A DNA stretch of 56,978 nucleotides from Folioceros fuciformis (taxonomy: Eukaryota). Below the pieces are notes generated by a model, which ran no database searches, was not told the origin of the DNA, and was given only the letters and a program-made list of their open reading frames with translations. How positions within the stretch are numbered: position 1 is the stretch's first letter; each line of letters starts with the position of its first letter. Positions 25,288 to 36,954 of the stretch are shown one piece after another. Position numbers and translations under genes: made by a program. The stretch is taken from assembly GCA_049999805.1 (NCBI GenBank), contig JBNGIO010006279.1:497815-554792 (forward strand). The letters are read 5' to 3'.

Positions 25288-27351
25288 ATGGCGGAAATTT
25301 TGTCATGGAGCTCCTTAGCAGGGTTGCCGTCTTGCAGCGTGTCAGGGGACTGGCGAGGCAGACCTGCATTCACGATTCAGGCCAGGCATTGTGCGGAGCT
25401 GAGGTCCTCGGTTCTTGGAAGGTGTCTTAGGTTAGGACACGGCTCGTTGCCCGGAAATGCCGTTCCTGGAAGGAGCACAATTGTTTGCGGCCTGGTTCCG
25501 GATGGAGCTCTTGTGGCAGGCTTTGTCGCTCACAGCTCGGTTGAAATGCTCGGGCATTCTCTGCTAGGCAGTAGCGTTTTTGTTGCTGATGTTGTCGCGG
25601 ATGTGATTGGCAATCTGCGGGTGGACGGGATAGGGGAGCTGTTTCAGGACATTGGATCTGCGCAGATAGATGGTGCAGTGTCGCTGTTGCAGACTGGAAT
25701 TGTGGACTCTTTTCAGGCGTTCAATGGCTTGCCTGAGGGGGAAAGATGGCGGATTGGAGGAATTAGTGTAGGAAGCTGGGTGTACCTAACAGCTCGTCCA
25801 GGGGTTTTGAGCGGGGCCGTCGATGCGTATCTCTCTGCACCGTTGCAGAAGTTTCTGGATGGGATCCAGGGAAGAAGAAGTTGGAACCGTAGTGATTTTG
25901 TGGTCGGTGACAGACTTGGCGAGGGGTCCTTCGGCACTGTGTATGCTGGAGTGCTCCTTCCGAAAGGAGTGCGAGTGGAGGATGAACTCGGCCGCAGGGG
26001 TTCGAGGATTGAAGAACTGCCGGGGTACAAGAGTTTCCAGAAGGTTGTGCTGAAGAAGGTCAGTTAGCACCTGCTCTCAGGCCTCCTGGATGGATCATAC
26101 TAACTGGAGCTTAGGCATTGCGGATATCGCACATGGACATGTCTGTGTATAGCATTTCCACAGGTTTCGTGAACTCCCGTCGTCCAGTCATGACCGTTGA
26201 CGACTGTGAATGGTTGATGTCCAGGTGAAAGTTGGAGTGGTTGGAGCAGAGGAATGTGGCGAAATGGAAGAATGGTTTAACAACCGAATGCGACGAGCAG
26301 CTCCAGATGCATGTGCAACTTTTCTGGGAAGTTTTGTGGCTGATTCTACCCGTGGCCAGTTTACTCAAGGAGGGAAATGGCTGGTATGGAAGTTCGAGGT
26401 ATGTGCTGGCGTTTTTCACAGTTGTGGTGCCAACGAGCTATCTGAAGCTTTAGCTGAGCTTGGATGAGCAACGCTGACTCTTATTTGACGATAGGGAGAT
26501 TCAAATCTGGGGGAATTCATGCAACTTCGCGACTTTCCTCAGAATTTGGGGGAGGCAGTGTTTGGCAGAAACCTGAAGGAGGAGGACCCATTGAAACGAG
26601 ATGCCTTAATTATTAAGAAGATCTTCCGTCAAATTATCATCTCTCTGAAGCAGATGCATGACACAGGCATCGTGCACAGGGATGTGAAACCATCGAATGT
26701 GGTGGTGACCAACAGAGGCAAGCTCAAGTTCATAGACTTCGGAGCAGCCACTGATCTTCGTGTTGGCAAGAACTATATCCCAGACCGCGGGATGCTAGAC
26801 CCAGACTACTGCCCACCAGAACTTTTTGTCCTACCTGAACAGACACCCAAGCCTCCGCCTGCGCCAGTTGCTGCGCTTTTCTCGCCCTTCGTCTGGCAGG
26901 TATGTACGTGTTTCCGGCTGCTACTAATGTCGACTTCGAAGGCGATAACTTTGCTTTAGCTTCACTTTAGTCCGTTGACCAAGGACATGCATGTTCTTGA
27001 CAGATAAACAGCCCCGATCTATTCGACCTCTATTCTGCAGGCATCATCCTACTGTTAATGGCATCTCCAAACCTACGGTCCTCCTCCAGCCTCCAGGTCA
27101 TGAAAAAGGAGCTGGAAGCTGTAGACTACGACTTGCAGGTATGGAGGCGAACCACAAAGCTTCGGCCCAACTTACAAATCCTGGATCTGGATGGAGGTCA
27201 AGGCTGGGACCTAGCCACAAAGTTGATATGTAAACGAGGCATTTTTAGACGGGGAAGGCTCTCTGCTGCCTCAGCATTAAGGCACCCCTACTTCCTGCTT
27301 GGCCGAGATCAAGCAGTATCTATCCTGTCAAAGTTCACCTGGGCTCGATAG
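25288..27351 (+). CDS. STN8: Thylakoid Ser/Thr kinase STN8-like; exons ~25288-26058, 26225-26398, 26494-26899, 27005-27351
   Basis: Transit-peptide-like N-terminus, YLTARPGVLSGAVDAY..APLQ, LGEGSFG, HRDVKPSN, DFGAATDLRVGKNY, DPDYCPPE, GRLSAASALRHPYF. Confidence 0.88.
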
Positions 27352-27575
27352 GCTAGCTCCTCAAGGTTCTGTTGGAGCTCACTCCATTCATTCACACGTC
27401 TGTATTGGGCGCAATATTTCTTACGCATCAGGGTCTCCACAGCTGCTGTACATAACAGAGTCCCAACTTCATACAAGTTACGTTTTTTCGTCGACTCGGC
27501 CCCTGACGCTCATCTAAGGGGGCTCTCGTATAAGAACCTCCCAAGTGAACCTAAGAAACGCAACACAGAGGGTTT

Positions 27576-28432
27576 CTACATTGCTGGAGCTGGCAGTTGA
27601 CTCCCCTCCCCACCTTCCAGCTCCTCCTCTTCAGGCTCTTGACTGGCGTACGAATACAGGGACTTGAGCGCGTACCCGATTCCAAAGGAGAGTACTGTGA
27701 TACCAGCAACTGCTGCTACGATTCCATGCCGAACCTGGTTGCTGGTTGCGTTTTCCAACTCCCCGGTGCTACAGTACAGGGCAAAGCTCTCACAGTTCCT
27801 GGCAAATAGATCATAATGCCCAAATCCGTTGCTCTGCAGCAGACTGTACGCCCTTCCAACAATCCTCTTCGACTCATCCGCTTTGAACGATGTGCAGGTT
27901 CCTGGAGCAAAACAGGAACATGTCACAAAAACAGTACAGCCACACTCTCCCCATGCCAGCCACAACCAGCACCAGCCATCGCCAAACACATACATACTCC
28001 TCACCTCCACGCCTCACAAACTGGTACTCAAGACCGCCCACATTGTACTGGTACCGACGCAGCGTAGCACCCTGCAAAAAGCAGGCTAAGCAGGTCTTGG
28101 ACACTCCCGAAGGTCGACTGTCTTTGTTGAAGTTGCACTGTACCTTCTGCGGGCACTTTGCAAAACCCTTGCCGTTCTTGAACCCACCAAGAAAATGGAT
28201 CACCCAGCGCACGCCGTCCTCGCTTCTCCCGACGTAAATTCCTGCCACACGCACATTTGCCACCTTCCGTAAGCCATGAGCGCAAGCTTGTGCGAAAACT
28301 CGTGTGGCACACAAGCAAGCTTGCATCTGCCTCACCCTGGTGGGAGTACACAAATGCGCTGCGCCAGGCGTAGATGTGATCGCCTTCCACCAATTGAGAC
28401 TCGGAGATGGCGTGACTCAAGCCGGCATCCAT
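27576..28432 (-). CDS. LRAT/NC-domain (NlpC/P60-like) protein, copy 1; exons 28432-28336, 28241-28005, 27901-27576
   Basis: GDHIYAWR..YSHQGIYVG..VIHF, CLACFL..LRRYQY, GTC, YDLFARNCESFALYCSTG, then a C-terminal hydrophobic helix and acidic tail. Canonical introns. Confidence 0.85.
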
Positions 28433-29175
28433 GTTGCTCCTGATTCACAGCAACGCCGAACCCCTCCTCCTCCTTGCGTGGAGCATCTAGTCCAAACAGC
28501 CGCTTCGCGTGGCTTTGAAGGCAGCTGTCGGCCCGCTCAAGCCTGTGAACAGACGTGTGCACAGTGTAACACGCTCCTCCTAGTGTCGGGACGTGTGCTG
28601 TTCCGAGTGTGGGGACTGGACTACTTGCCTGCGTGTGACCGCGAATGCAGTGTGATTCACCTTCAATTTCCAATTTTAATTTCCACTGGAAAATACGTAC
28701 GTACATACTGTCCTGTACAACCCTATACAAGAGGGCCACGAATTTATCCCCCTTGCCATACCGCTTTCCAATGGAGGTTAGCGATTTATTCCCTTGTCAT
28801 CCAGTATAGAGACATGCATATATAGAACTGATGGCCCCTATTTTAATCGAGACATGCATATATGTATGTGGATAATAAATATATAATATTCTAGTGATAA
28901 ATAACACGATTTTGTTTGCAATCTGGTGCGGTTCCTTCCAAAGACATCCCACCAGTCTTTGTTGCTTGCAGTTAGATATTTCTGAATAGGATGTTTTAGT
29001 GCTTTCCGGATCTATATCAAGTTCTAGTGCTTTCCCGATCTATGCCAATCCATTCACAAGGTTTGAGTTTGGTGTCACAAGGTTTAGGTTTGGTGTCTAG
29101 CTCTGAAATTGTAGTCCGCATTGTGGTGCTCCTCCGATCGCAGCGTATGGAATCCTATGTAAAAAATTTAAGACC

Positions 29176-29724
29176 TCAAATGGTTCCCAATGAGGAGATG
29201 TAGAAAGTTGTTTCCCACTTACAATTTCCTCCAATGTGTTCAAATGGTTCCCAATGAGGAGATGTAGAAAGTTGTTTCCCACTTATAATGTCCTCCAATG
29301 TGTTCAAATGGTTCCCAATGAGGAGATGTAGAAAGTTGTTTCCCNNNNNNNNNNNNNNNNNNNNNNNNNNNNNNNNNNNNNNNNNNNNNNNNNNNNNNNN
29401 NNNNNNNNNNNNNNNNNNNNNNNNNNNNNNNNNNNNNNNNNNNNATGTGTTCAAATGGTTCCCAATGAGGAGATGTAGAAAGTTGTTTCCCCTTACAATT
29501 TCCTCCAATGTGTTCAAATGGTTCCCAATGAAGAGATGTAGAAAGTTGTTTCCCACTTACAATTTCCTCCAATGTGTTCAAATGGTTCCCAATGAGGAGA
29601 TGTAGAAAGTTGTTTCCCACTTACAACGATTACCATATTTCCTCCAATTCAAATGGTTCCCAATGATGAGATATAGAAAGTTGTTTCCCACTTACAACGA
29701 TTACCATATTTCCTCCAATGTGTT
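29176..29724. repeat. Tandem satellite with 64-bp unit (aatgtgttcaaatggttcccaatgaggagatgtagaaagttgtttcccacttacaatttcctcc) containing a 100-N assembly gap
   Basis: At least 7 near-identical units visible. Ns at 29345-29444. The last two units carry a 12-bp insertion (acgattaccata). Confidence 0.95.
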
Positions 29725-29949
29725 CCTCTCACGTTTCTTTGAATTGATGTTGATAACTATGATTATGCAAGCCACCCATTGTTGCCACCTATTGTTGTGA
29801 CATTTGTTCCTTCCCCATCCCACTAGACATAACTTCTGAATCCGCAAGGAACTTAGAGAAGCTCTAGAACATTTGATCTGCTACATCATGCGTGTGCCCC
29901 ACTATTAGAAAACCAAGAGCAAGAGCAGCCAGGTCAATTGTTCATGTGC

Positions 29950-31270
29950 GTACTTGCTGCTTGGCCTAGATGAAGCAGTATTAATACTATCAAAGTTCCC
30001 TGGGCCCGATAAGCTAGGTCACTCAAGGCTCTGTCTGAGCACACTCCATCCATTCTCACGTCTATATTCAGCGCAATATTTCTTACGCATCAGGGCCTTC
30101 GCAGCTGCTGCACATAACGGAGTCCCCAAATTCACGCACGCTACGTTTTTTCATAAGCTGAGGCTGTCAAGCCGAGGCTGCTATTAGTTTCGCAGCATCC
30201 ACCGTCGGAAGCTAGTACGCACTCAAGTCCCCGTATTCGTTCGCCAGTCGAGAGCCTGAGGAGGAGGAGCAGGAAGGTCGTGACGGAGGGGAGCCAATTG
30301 CAAGCTCCAGCTATCGATAAACGCTGTAAGATGCTTTTCCTAGGTTCACATGGGAGGGAGGTTCTCATATGAGAGTCCCCTTAAATAAGCGTGAGGGGTC
30401 GGTGAATCTGGTTGCTGGTTGCGAGTTCCTGGTTCTCGAGGGTACAGTACAGGGCAAAGGTCTCACAGTTCCGGTGAAGTAGATCATATGGCCCGAAGTT
30501 GTTGCTCTTCAGCAGAATGTACGCCCTTTCAACAACCTTCCTCCGGTCCTCCGCTTCCAACGGTGTGCAGGTTCCTGGAGCAAAACAGGAACATGTCCCA
30601 ATATTTAGAACAGTCACGCACTCCCCATGCCTGCCACAACCAGCACCAGCCATCGCCAAACGCGTACATACTCCTCACCTCCACGCTTCAGAATCCGGTA
30701 CACAAGATCGCTCGTATTGTACTGGTACCGACGCATCGCACCACCGTTCAGAAAGCAGGCCAAGCAGGTCTTGGTTACCCCCGAAAGTCGACAGTCCAAG
30801 TTAAATTTGCACTGTTTCTTCTGCGGGCAGTTTGCATAACCCTTGTCGCTCTTGAACTCAGCAACAAAATGGATCACCTGACGCACGCTATTCTCGTCTC
30901 TGCCTACGTAAATTCCTGCAAGACGCACATTTGCCACCTTGCGTACGCCATGAGCGCAAGCAAGTGCGAAAAAGAGTGTGGCATACCAGCAAGCTCGCAT
31001 CTGCCTGACCGTGGTGGGAGTACACGTATGCGCTGCGCCAGACGTAGATGTGATCGCCTTCCAGCAATTCAGACTCGGAGATGGCGTGACTGAAGCTGGA
31101 ACCCATGGTGCTCCGAATTCTACCCCTTCCTTGCGTGGAGCATCCAGCTTTGTAGTGGCATGGAGTGGCTTTGAAGGCACGCCGTCGGCCCGATCCACGC
31201 GCATCCAGCTTTGTAGTGGCTTTGAAGGCACGCCGTCGGCCCGATCGAGCGTGTGGACAGACGCGTGCAT
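29950..31270. repeat. Diverged direct duplication of ~27288-28560 (STN8 3' end, intergenic DNA and LRAT gene)
   Basis: tacttgctgcttggcctagatgaagcagta...caaagttccctgggcccgata aligns to the last STN8 codons. Homology continues through the LRAT exons, introns and upstream region. Confidence 0.9.
30381..31106 (-). CDS. LRAT/NC-domain protein copy 2, C-terminally truncated by an inversion (possibly a pseudogene); exons 31106-31010, 30915-30679, 30574-30381
   Basis: Same exon structure as copy 1, with YSHHGIY and HRNCETFALYC retained. It ends ATSNQIHRPLTLI* at the inversion breakpoint. Confidence 0.75.
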
Positions 31271-31515
31271 CAATCGTGGGCCTATCTCCTGCGGAATGCA
31301 TTGAAGGGATCGTATCATCGTATGGTGACACTATATCAATCTGGATGATTTGGCTGCATGCTTGATTGCATTGTAAAGGGTGACGCTATATCAATCTGGA
31401 TGATTTGGCTGCATGCTTGATTGTATTGTAAAGGATATATCTTGTCTTGTCAATCTGGATAATTTAGCTGCTTGCTTGCTTGATTGCATTGTAAAGGACT
31501 TATTTTGTCTTGTCA
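31140..31515. repeat. Two small tandem arrays: ~50-60 bp x2 (gcatccagctttgtagtggc..tttgaaggcacgccgtcggcccgatc) and ~57-60 bp x3 (tcaatctggatgatttggctgcatgcttgattgcattgtaaagg)
   Basis: Directly visible at 31140-31247 and 31331-31515. Confidence 0.8.
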
Positions 31516-32367
31516 ATCTCCTTAGCTGAACATTCGTTACCAAGCACATTTGCAAGTACTTGTAAAAGGCTGATGACAAATCATTTGTATAAACGATAAT
31601 ATACATACGTATAGCTAAGGAGTAGCAAACCCTCTGGTCGGGAGAGGGCGCTTGAAAAAACCGACGACATCTCTTTGAAGTAGCTCCTGGCAGGTAAAGA
31701 ACGGACGTAACTTAAAGCGATGGGCTCGCTTTGCAGCTCCTTTACGGCTGTAAAGGAATGCCTGTCTATCAGCCCTTAGCTGTTCCACAGAGGCTGGAGA
31801 ACACGACATTCTTCAGTCCTCCCAGGCTTGTATGGAGCCGAGATTAGGCCCCGACGTAGTCCATACAAAATGTTCCTGTAGTAAAATCGTCTTTCCTTGT
31901 TTGCACAACATCGAACCTATTCTTCTATTGGACTAGTCGACAATAGCCACACAATGCCAGAGGATTCCTACTAAGTTGGCCGACGATGACATAACGAGTC
32001 ATACGGACCACAGTTAGGCAGAGAGCCCGAGGCTGCTTCCTCTTATTGACCACTGTCACCAGGCTTCAAGAAGACAAAACGAACGAGTTTGGGACAGTCG
32101 TTGAGGAACAGCACATGGGTAGTTGCAAGTGAGTGATCCAACTTAACTCGGCTCAAGAAAGCCATGGCGTGAACATTTAACATATGAGGCTAGGCCAGAG
32201 CAAGTATGGAAGAAGATTCGTCCTCAACTCAACAGTGTTGCCCAGGAACAAGAACTGAACAACAGAGTACCTGCTTAGTTGACGGCGAGCTACAGACAGA
32301 GAAACTACGATAAGCAGCAGGAAGAGGAAAAAACTTGTGACATTTGTTCCCCAGCGTTGCAGTGTCC

Positions 32368-33762
32368 TCATTTGGCATCAGCCGAGAGGTGATTGTGTTG
32401 CTGTACAGGGTGCACGTTGCTCACCTTGTCCACAGCACCGCCCTGTTCCAAAACGGCTGCAGCACCCATCCCAGACCCTATACACATGGACACAACCCCG
32501 AACCGGCAGTCCTTCCCTCGCTTCTTCATCTCATGGAGCAGAGTGGCGATGCACCGGGCCCCTGTGGCCCCCAGCGGGTGCCCCATAGCGATGGCTCCAC
32601 CGTTCACGTTGATCTTGGCCGGGTCCAGCTCCAACTTACGCTGGCAGTACGAGTACTGGGACGCAAATGCCTCATTGATCTCGAACAAGTCGATGTCCGG
32701 GATCTCCAGCCCTGCAGCCCTGACCGCCTTGGGGATGGCAACGGCAGGCCCGATCCCCATCACGGCCGGATCCACACCTACCACAGAAAAGCTCCGAAAC
32801 ACACCCAAAATGGGAGCTCCCCTGGCAACAGCCGCCCCTCTGCGCATCAGCAGCACGGCACCGGCCCCGTCGCTCACCTGGCTTGAATTCCCCGCCGTGG
32901 TAGACCCGTTCTTCTTGAAAACCGGCTTCAACTTCCCCAAATCAGCCAGCGAGGTCCCCGGGCGGATGCCGTCGTCCTGCGAGATGGTCACCTGCTTTTC
33001 CTCCCCTGTCTTGGGATCCACCAGCTTCGTTGGCACCGGCACGATCTCCTCCTTGAACCTCCCGGACGCGGTCGCAGCGTGTGCCTTGGCATGCGAATTC
33101 ACCGCCACCTGGTCCTGCTCCTCCCTGCTCACCCCGAACCTCTGTGCCACGTTCTCCGAGGTGACCCCCATGGGGAGCAGACAAGCCTGGGCCTGGGCCA
33201 GCGTCTGCACCCGGGGATTGACAGTCCCCTCCCACGCCATGGAGTTCAACGTCATGGTCTCCAGCCCGGCCCCGATACCCACGTCGTAGAAGCCAGCGGA
33301 GATGGCCGCCACCACATCCGCCACAGCCTGCAGCCCCGACGAGCACTGCCTGTTCACCGTCCGCACAGGCACCGTCTCCGGGAAGCCGGCGAAGAAGGCG
33401 GCAATTCGGCACTCCGCGGCCCGCTGCGAGCCCTGGGCCAGCACGGTGCCCACCACGATGTCCCCAACCTCCTCCGGTCGCACCCCGGTGCCCTCCAGCA
33501 CCGCCTTCAGCACCGGCGTCAGCAGATCCTCCGCCGGCGTGTCCTTGAATCCCCCGCGCTTCGCCTTGCAGATGGGTGTGCGCACCGCGGCCACCACCAC
33601 CACGTCATCGTTGGAGTCTCCCCGCCGCTCGTACGCGGCTGAGTCCCCTGCAAAGCACACACTGCTGCTGAGGATCTCCTCCCCCACGCCCCTGATGGAG
33701 TTGGGCCCGGCTGGAACCAGGTGCGATGTAATCACGCTCTGCCTCCTCATGGCGCCCTCCAT
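32368..33762 (-). CDS. KAT2: Peroxisomal 3-ketoacyl-CoA thiolase (KAT2/PED1-like), intronless
   Basis: PTS2 RQSVITSHL, NRQCSSGLQA active Cys, NEAFA, GHPLGATG, SMCIGSGMG. The start is placed at MEGAMRRQ. Confidence 0.93.
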   Translation of the reverse strand: MEGAMRRQSVITSHLVPAGPNSIRGVGEEILSSSVCFAGDSAAYERRGDSNDDVVVVAAVRTPICKAKRGGFKDTPAEDLLTPVLKAVLEGTGVRPEEVGDIVVGTVLAQGSQRAAECRIAAFFAGFPETVPVRTVNRQCSSGLQAVADVVAAISAGFYDVGIGAGLETMTLNSMAWEGTVNPRVQTLAQAQACLLPMGVTSENVAQRFGVSREEQDQVAVNSHAKAHAATASGRFKEEIVPVPTKLVDPKTGEEKQVTISQDDGIRPGTSLADLGKLKPVFKKNGSTTAGNSSQVSDGAGAVLLMRRGAAVARGAPILGVFRSFSVVGVDPAVMGIGPAVAIPKAVRAAGLEIPDIDLFEINEAFASQYSYCQRKLELDPAKINVNGGAIAMGHPLGATGARCIATLLHEMKKRGKDCRFGVVSMCIGSGMGAAAVLEQGGAVDKVSNVHPVQQHNHLSADAK

Positions 33763-34525
33763 CTTGCCTGCCTTCGATTTTAGCTGGAGCTGCTCTTGCT
33801 TCTGCTCGTCCGATTCCTTCCCTTCTCCTGCTCCTCCTGCTGTGCTGCAACAAGACGACGGAGAAAATAAGGCGATGAGAAGAAGGTGAAGAAGCCTGGA
33901 AGCCAGCAAGCAGGAAACACACCGTCAGCCTTCTTTATTTAAGGTAGATGGCGTGGCATGCTCACCTTCCTCAGTCGACCAAGCACACGCAGCCGGGAGT
34001 TACTGGCTTTATGTAGCCCTCGCAAGCCAAGACCGCCACTTGCCTCAATCAGCTGCTGCGATTTCGGGACTCAGCATATGCTGGGAGGGGCTGGACTGGA
34101 GGAATAAAGCCCTAAGGAGTATTCCAGAACCTTGCGGTGCAAGGCACCCATGATCGCGGGAGATGGGAGCCATGGTGGCGAGCCAAAGAGGATTCGCTTC
34201 ATGGGCCATGGAGAAGGCAGTTGAGCTCCGTGTGCAAGACATTTCTGTACAATCGGAGACACACGCAGGCAAGCTTCACACTCGCGACAACGACCGACGA
34301 CGGCGTGCCATGGACTTAAAGTGATGTTTACTTCTCGGCGTAATTTCAGGCGACCCAAGAATTAGAGAGGCCTGGTCTCACATTACAGATGCGTGCAGGG
34401 GGGTATTCAAGAAAAGTTGTGCGCTACAAAGAATTTGTTCGGAAACTACACAGCTAATGCTAGTCACTCCTTCGAGGAACCAAAATTGAATCATCCGGCT
34501 CCAAGCACCGGAGAGAAGGGAGAGC

Positions 34526-35310
34526 TCAGATCCGGCTGGGGTACAAGAAAACCCTGACTCGGCCACCCTGCATCAGCATTGCAGTGGTTGAGTGAGGAGG
34601 TTGTTGAGACGTGATTCAGCATTGCAGCAAACGGGTGTGACATGCAAAGAAACCACTGGACACGGAAAAGAAAGCGACGGGTACCAGAGACGCTGGCGGC
34701 AGGTTCTTCCTGAACTTGGCTCGAACTACACCGCTGTTCCCATGTGGCCGGACAACCTTCCCCCAGATGCAACGAAACAGTGTGCCATTCTTCTTGGTCT
34801 TGCCTTTGTAGATGTAGGCTGTCCTCTTCCCGAGATACCAGTTCACCTCCTCCTTCGTATTCACTCCTTCGATTTGAAGGAGAGAGGTGCTAGGGTACTG
34901 GTTAGACTTCGACCTGCGAGGAACAGAACACATTGTCATGCGCAAGGAGCAAGCAGGGAGATGAGGGGGCCATAAGACATCACCCTGCAACAGAGCGGAG
35001 AAGCAACGCTGGGGAGCGGGACATACCTCTTGTAGCCTAGGACTATTCCTCGGACATACAGCCTGCAAGGAGGACACACAGAAACAGAATCCACAAGCAT
35101 CAGTACGCAGAAACCTACTTTCTTAACCACCATTGCAGCCACAGCAACAACGACAACAACATCATGAAATCGACTCCACCAACCACCAGGGAAGGTGCGG
35201 CTTTCACAAATCAGCATGCTGGAAAATGACACTCTTCCAACGAACGCGCCAACACTGACATCCGCCAACGCATCAACACACCTCACGGTCTCGCCTTTGG
35301 ATTCAGGCAT
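34526..35310 (-). CDS. RPL35A: 60S ribosomal protein L35a (eL33); exons 35310-35282, 35062-35027, 34913-34685, 34567-34526
   Basis: Spliced product [29 protein letters not shown]...[40 protein letters not shown]. All introns are GT-AG. Confidence 0.93.
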
Positions 35311-36227
35311 TTTAGACGGCGAGAGAGACAGGATTCGGAATTGTGGGTGTCGTCGGCTCGTTGGTTCGCAGTATTGGAAGACCGTCGACCGAAAGCTCGC
35401 CTGCAGACTAATCCCTAATTGTAGCCCTAGAGTACTCTACCCTGCAATAATTAGCTAAGGGAATAACCCACCGCCTTTGAGCATCGGTGCCTTGTAACCG
35501 GATAGTGATCTTTGTCTCTGATCTGCAACCTGATATAGAATCTCTGGCCTCTACCTAGTAACTGGCTATGTCTATGTAGGTTTAGTCGTTACCAATTGGG
35601 ACATCATATGTATTAGTACCTCGTTCACTTAGCTTGATGAAGGTACAATCCAAGAAACAATGTACCCCAAAATCCTCAACCCAAGCTCTGATGGATACTT
35701 GTGGCACTTGGAAGACCCCTGACTTTACTTAGCATAGGCCTATAGTTCTTAAGTCCCAAGAAAAAATTCCTTCGCTTTTGCAAGTATTTACATTGGATAC
35801 TGCTGATTGAAGCACACTAATATCCTTCGTTCCTCGACCCGAAAGCAAGCCAATGGAGACACTTTCGTAAAGATTACATCGTTCCAATGGATGAACGAAT
35901 TTTGGTGTAGGTTACAGAAAAAGCACCTTCCTTCGTACAGATAGTTCGTAGACTCGTTTGTTCAGCTGAAACTTGTAAAATAGATGGTTGGACTGCTTCC
36001 GAAGGCATTCCGTCTAGAGGAAGGATAAAGCATCGCAGTCCCCTGCTGGTTTACAAAAGCAGAAAATCACCCCGGTATTAATCGCTGCCTTCTCACAGCA
36101 CAATCTTAGTGGGTTCTTGTGAAGGTCCGACGGACGCCTGCTCCTCTGCCCGCATGCTGAGCTTTCGGTGGAGCAACAACTTCAACAAAAGTACAAGCGA
36201 AGCCGTTCAAAAGGCTTGCGTTGGGAA

Positions 36228-36478
36228 ATGGAAGCGCTGTGGAGGTCTTTCTTTCTGAACCCTGCGGAATGGTGGGACAACAGATTGATCAAGGTACGCT
36301 TGGGGTTGTGGTTGAAGCTCTAAATGGGTAATCCACTTGCAGTTCCCACACTGGACTTGGGTTTTGCAGACGGATTCTAGAGTTCCAGACTTTCGGCACA
36401 AAGTGAGCAAGGAGGGGTTGTGGGTGGAGCAGGATGGGACTCCGAGCTGGGTGGTGCCTGAGCTTGGTTTCATGGAGG
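36228..36478 (+). CDS. Exons encoding an OSB-type PDF motif (36228-36293 + 36370-~36478), probably 5' exons of the downstream PPR gene
   Basis: MEALWRSFFLNPAEWWDNRLIK | 76-nt GT-AG intron | TDSRVPDFRHKVSKEGLWVEQDGTPSWV. Colinear with the PDF motif at 52180-52323. Confidence 0.75.
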
Positions 36479-36954
36479 GTCAGAAGTGTGTGCATTATGC
36501 TGTGTGTGGGTCGTGGCATATTGTAATGGATACACGTCTCATGGGCAATTAATGTCGCTGTGGGGACAGGGGCCAGCACCCAAGAAACAAGGAGTCCACT
36601 GGAGTGGCAAGGCTGTGTCACTGGTAAGGTGAGCGCGAGATTTCATGCATCGATGTATTTTGTAGCCATGCCTTGTGGGTCGACCCCGTCTAAAGTAGGG
36701 ATTGTGGGATGCTTACAGAAAGTTGCGAGTGGGGTGGGTTACGAAGGCATGCAAGGAGTAGTGCTGGTGGAGACAAGCTTGACGTGAGAGTTGCAAGTTT
36801 GGAGTCCAGGAGACAGGCAAACTTGCTGAACAAGTTTAAGGACCGGACTTCGCAACATGGAGCTGAAGCAGATGTGAGGTACCTTACCCGGTTTTCTATA
36901 ACAAATGGAAGTGACCTTTTGAAGTTTTGAGGTGGTGGACTAATCAATGACTTC

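Noticed and set aside
29176-29724. CRISPR-like regular array and its repeated ORFs
   Set aside because: Units are contiguous with no unique spacers, there are no cas genes, and the context is eukaryotic. The ORFs are by-products of the 64-bp periodicity.
33763-33909. N-terminal extension of the thiolase ORF resembling a signal peptide
   Set aside because: It begins at a non-ATG codon, and the PTS2 position supports the start at 33762.
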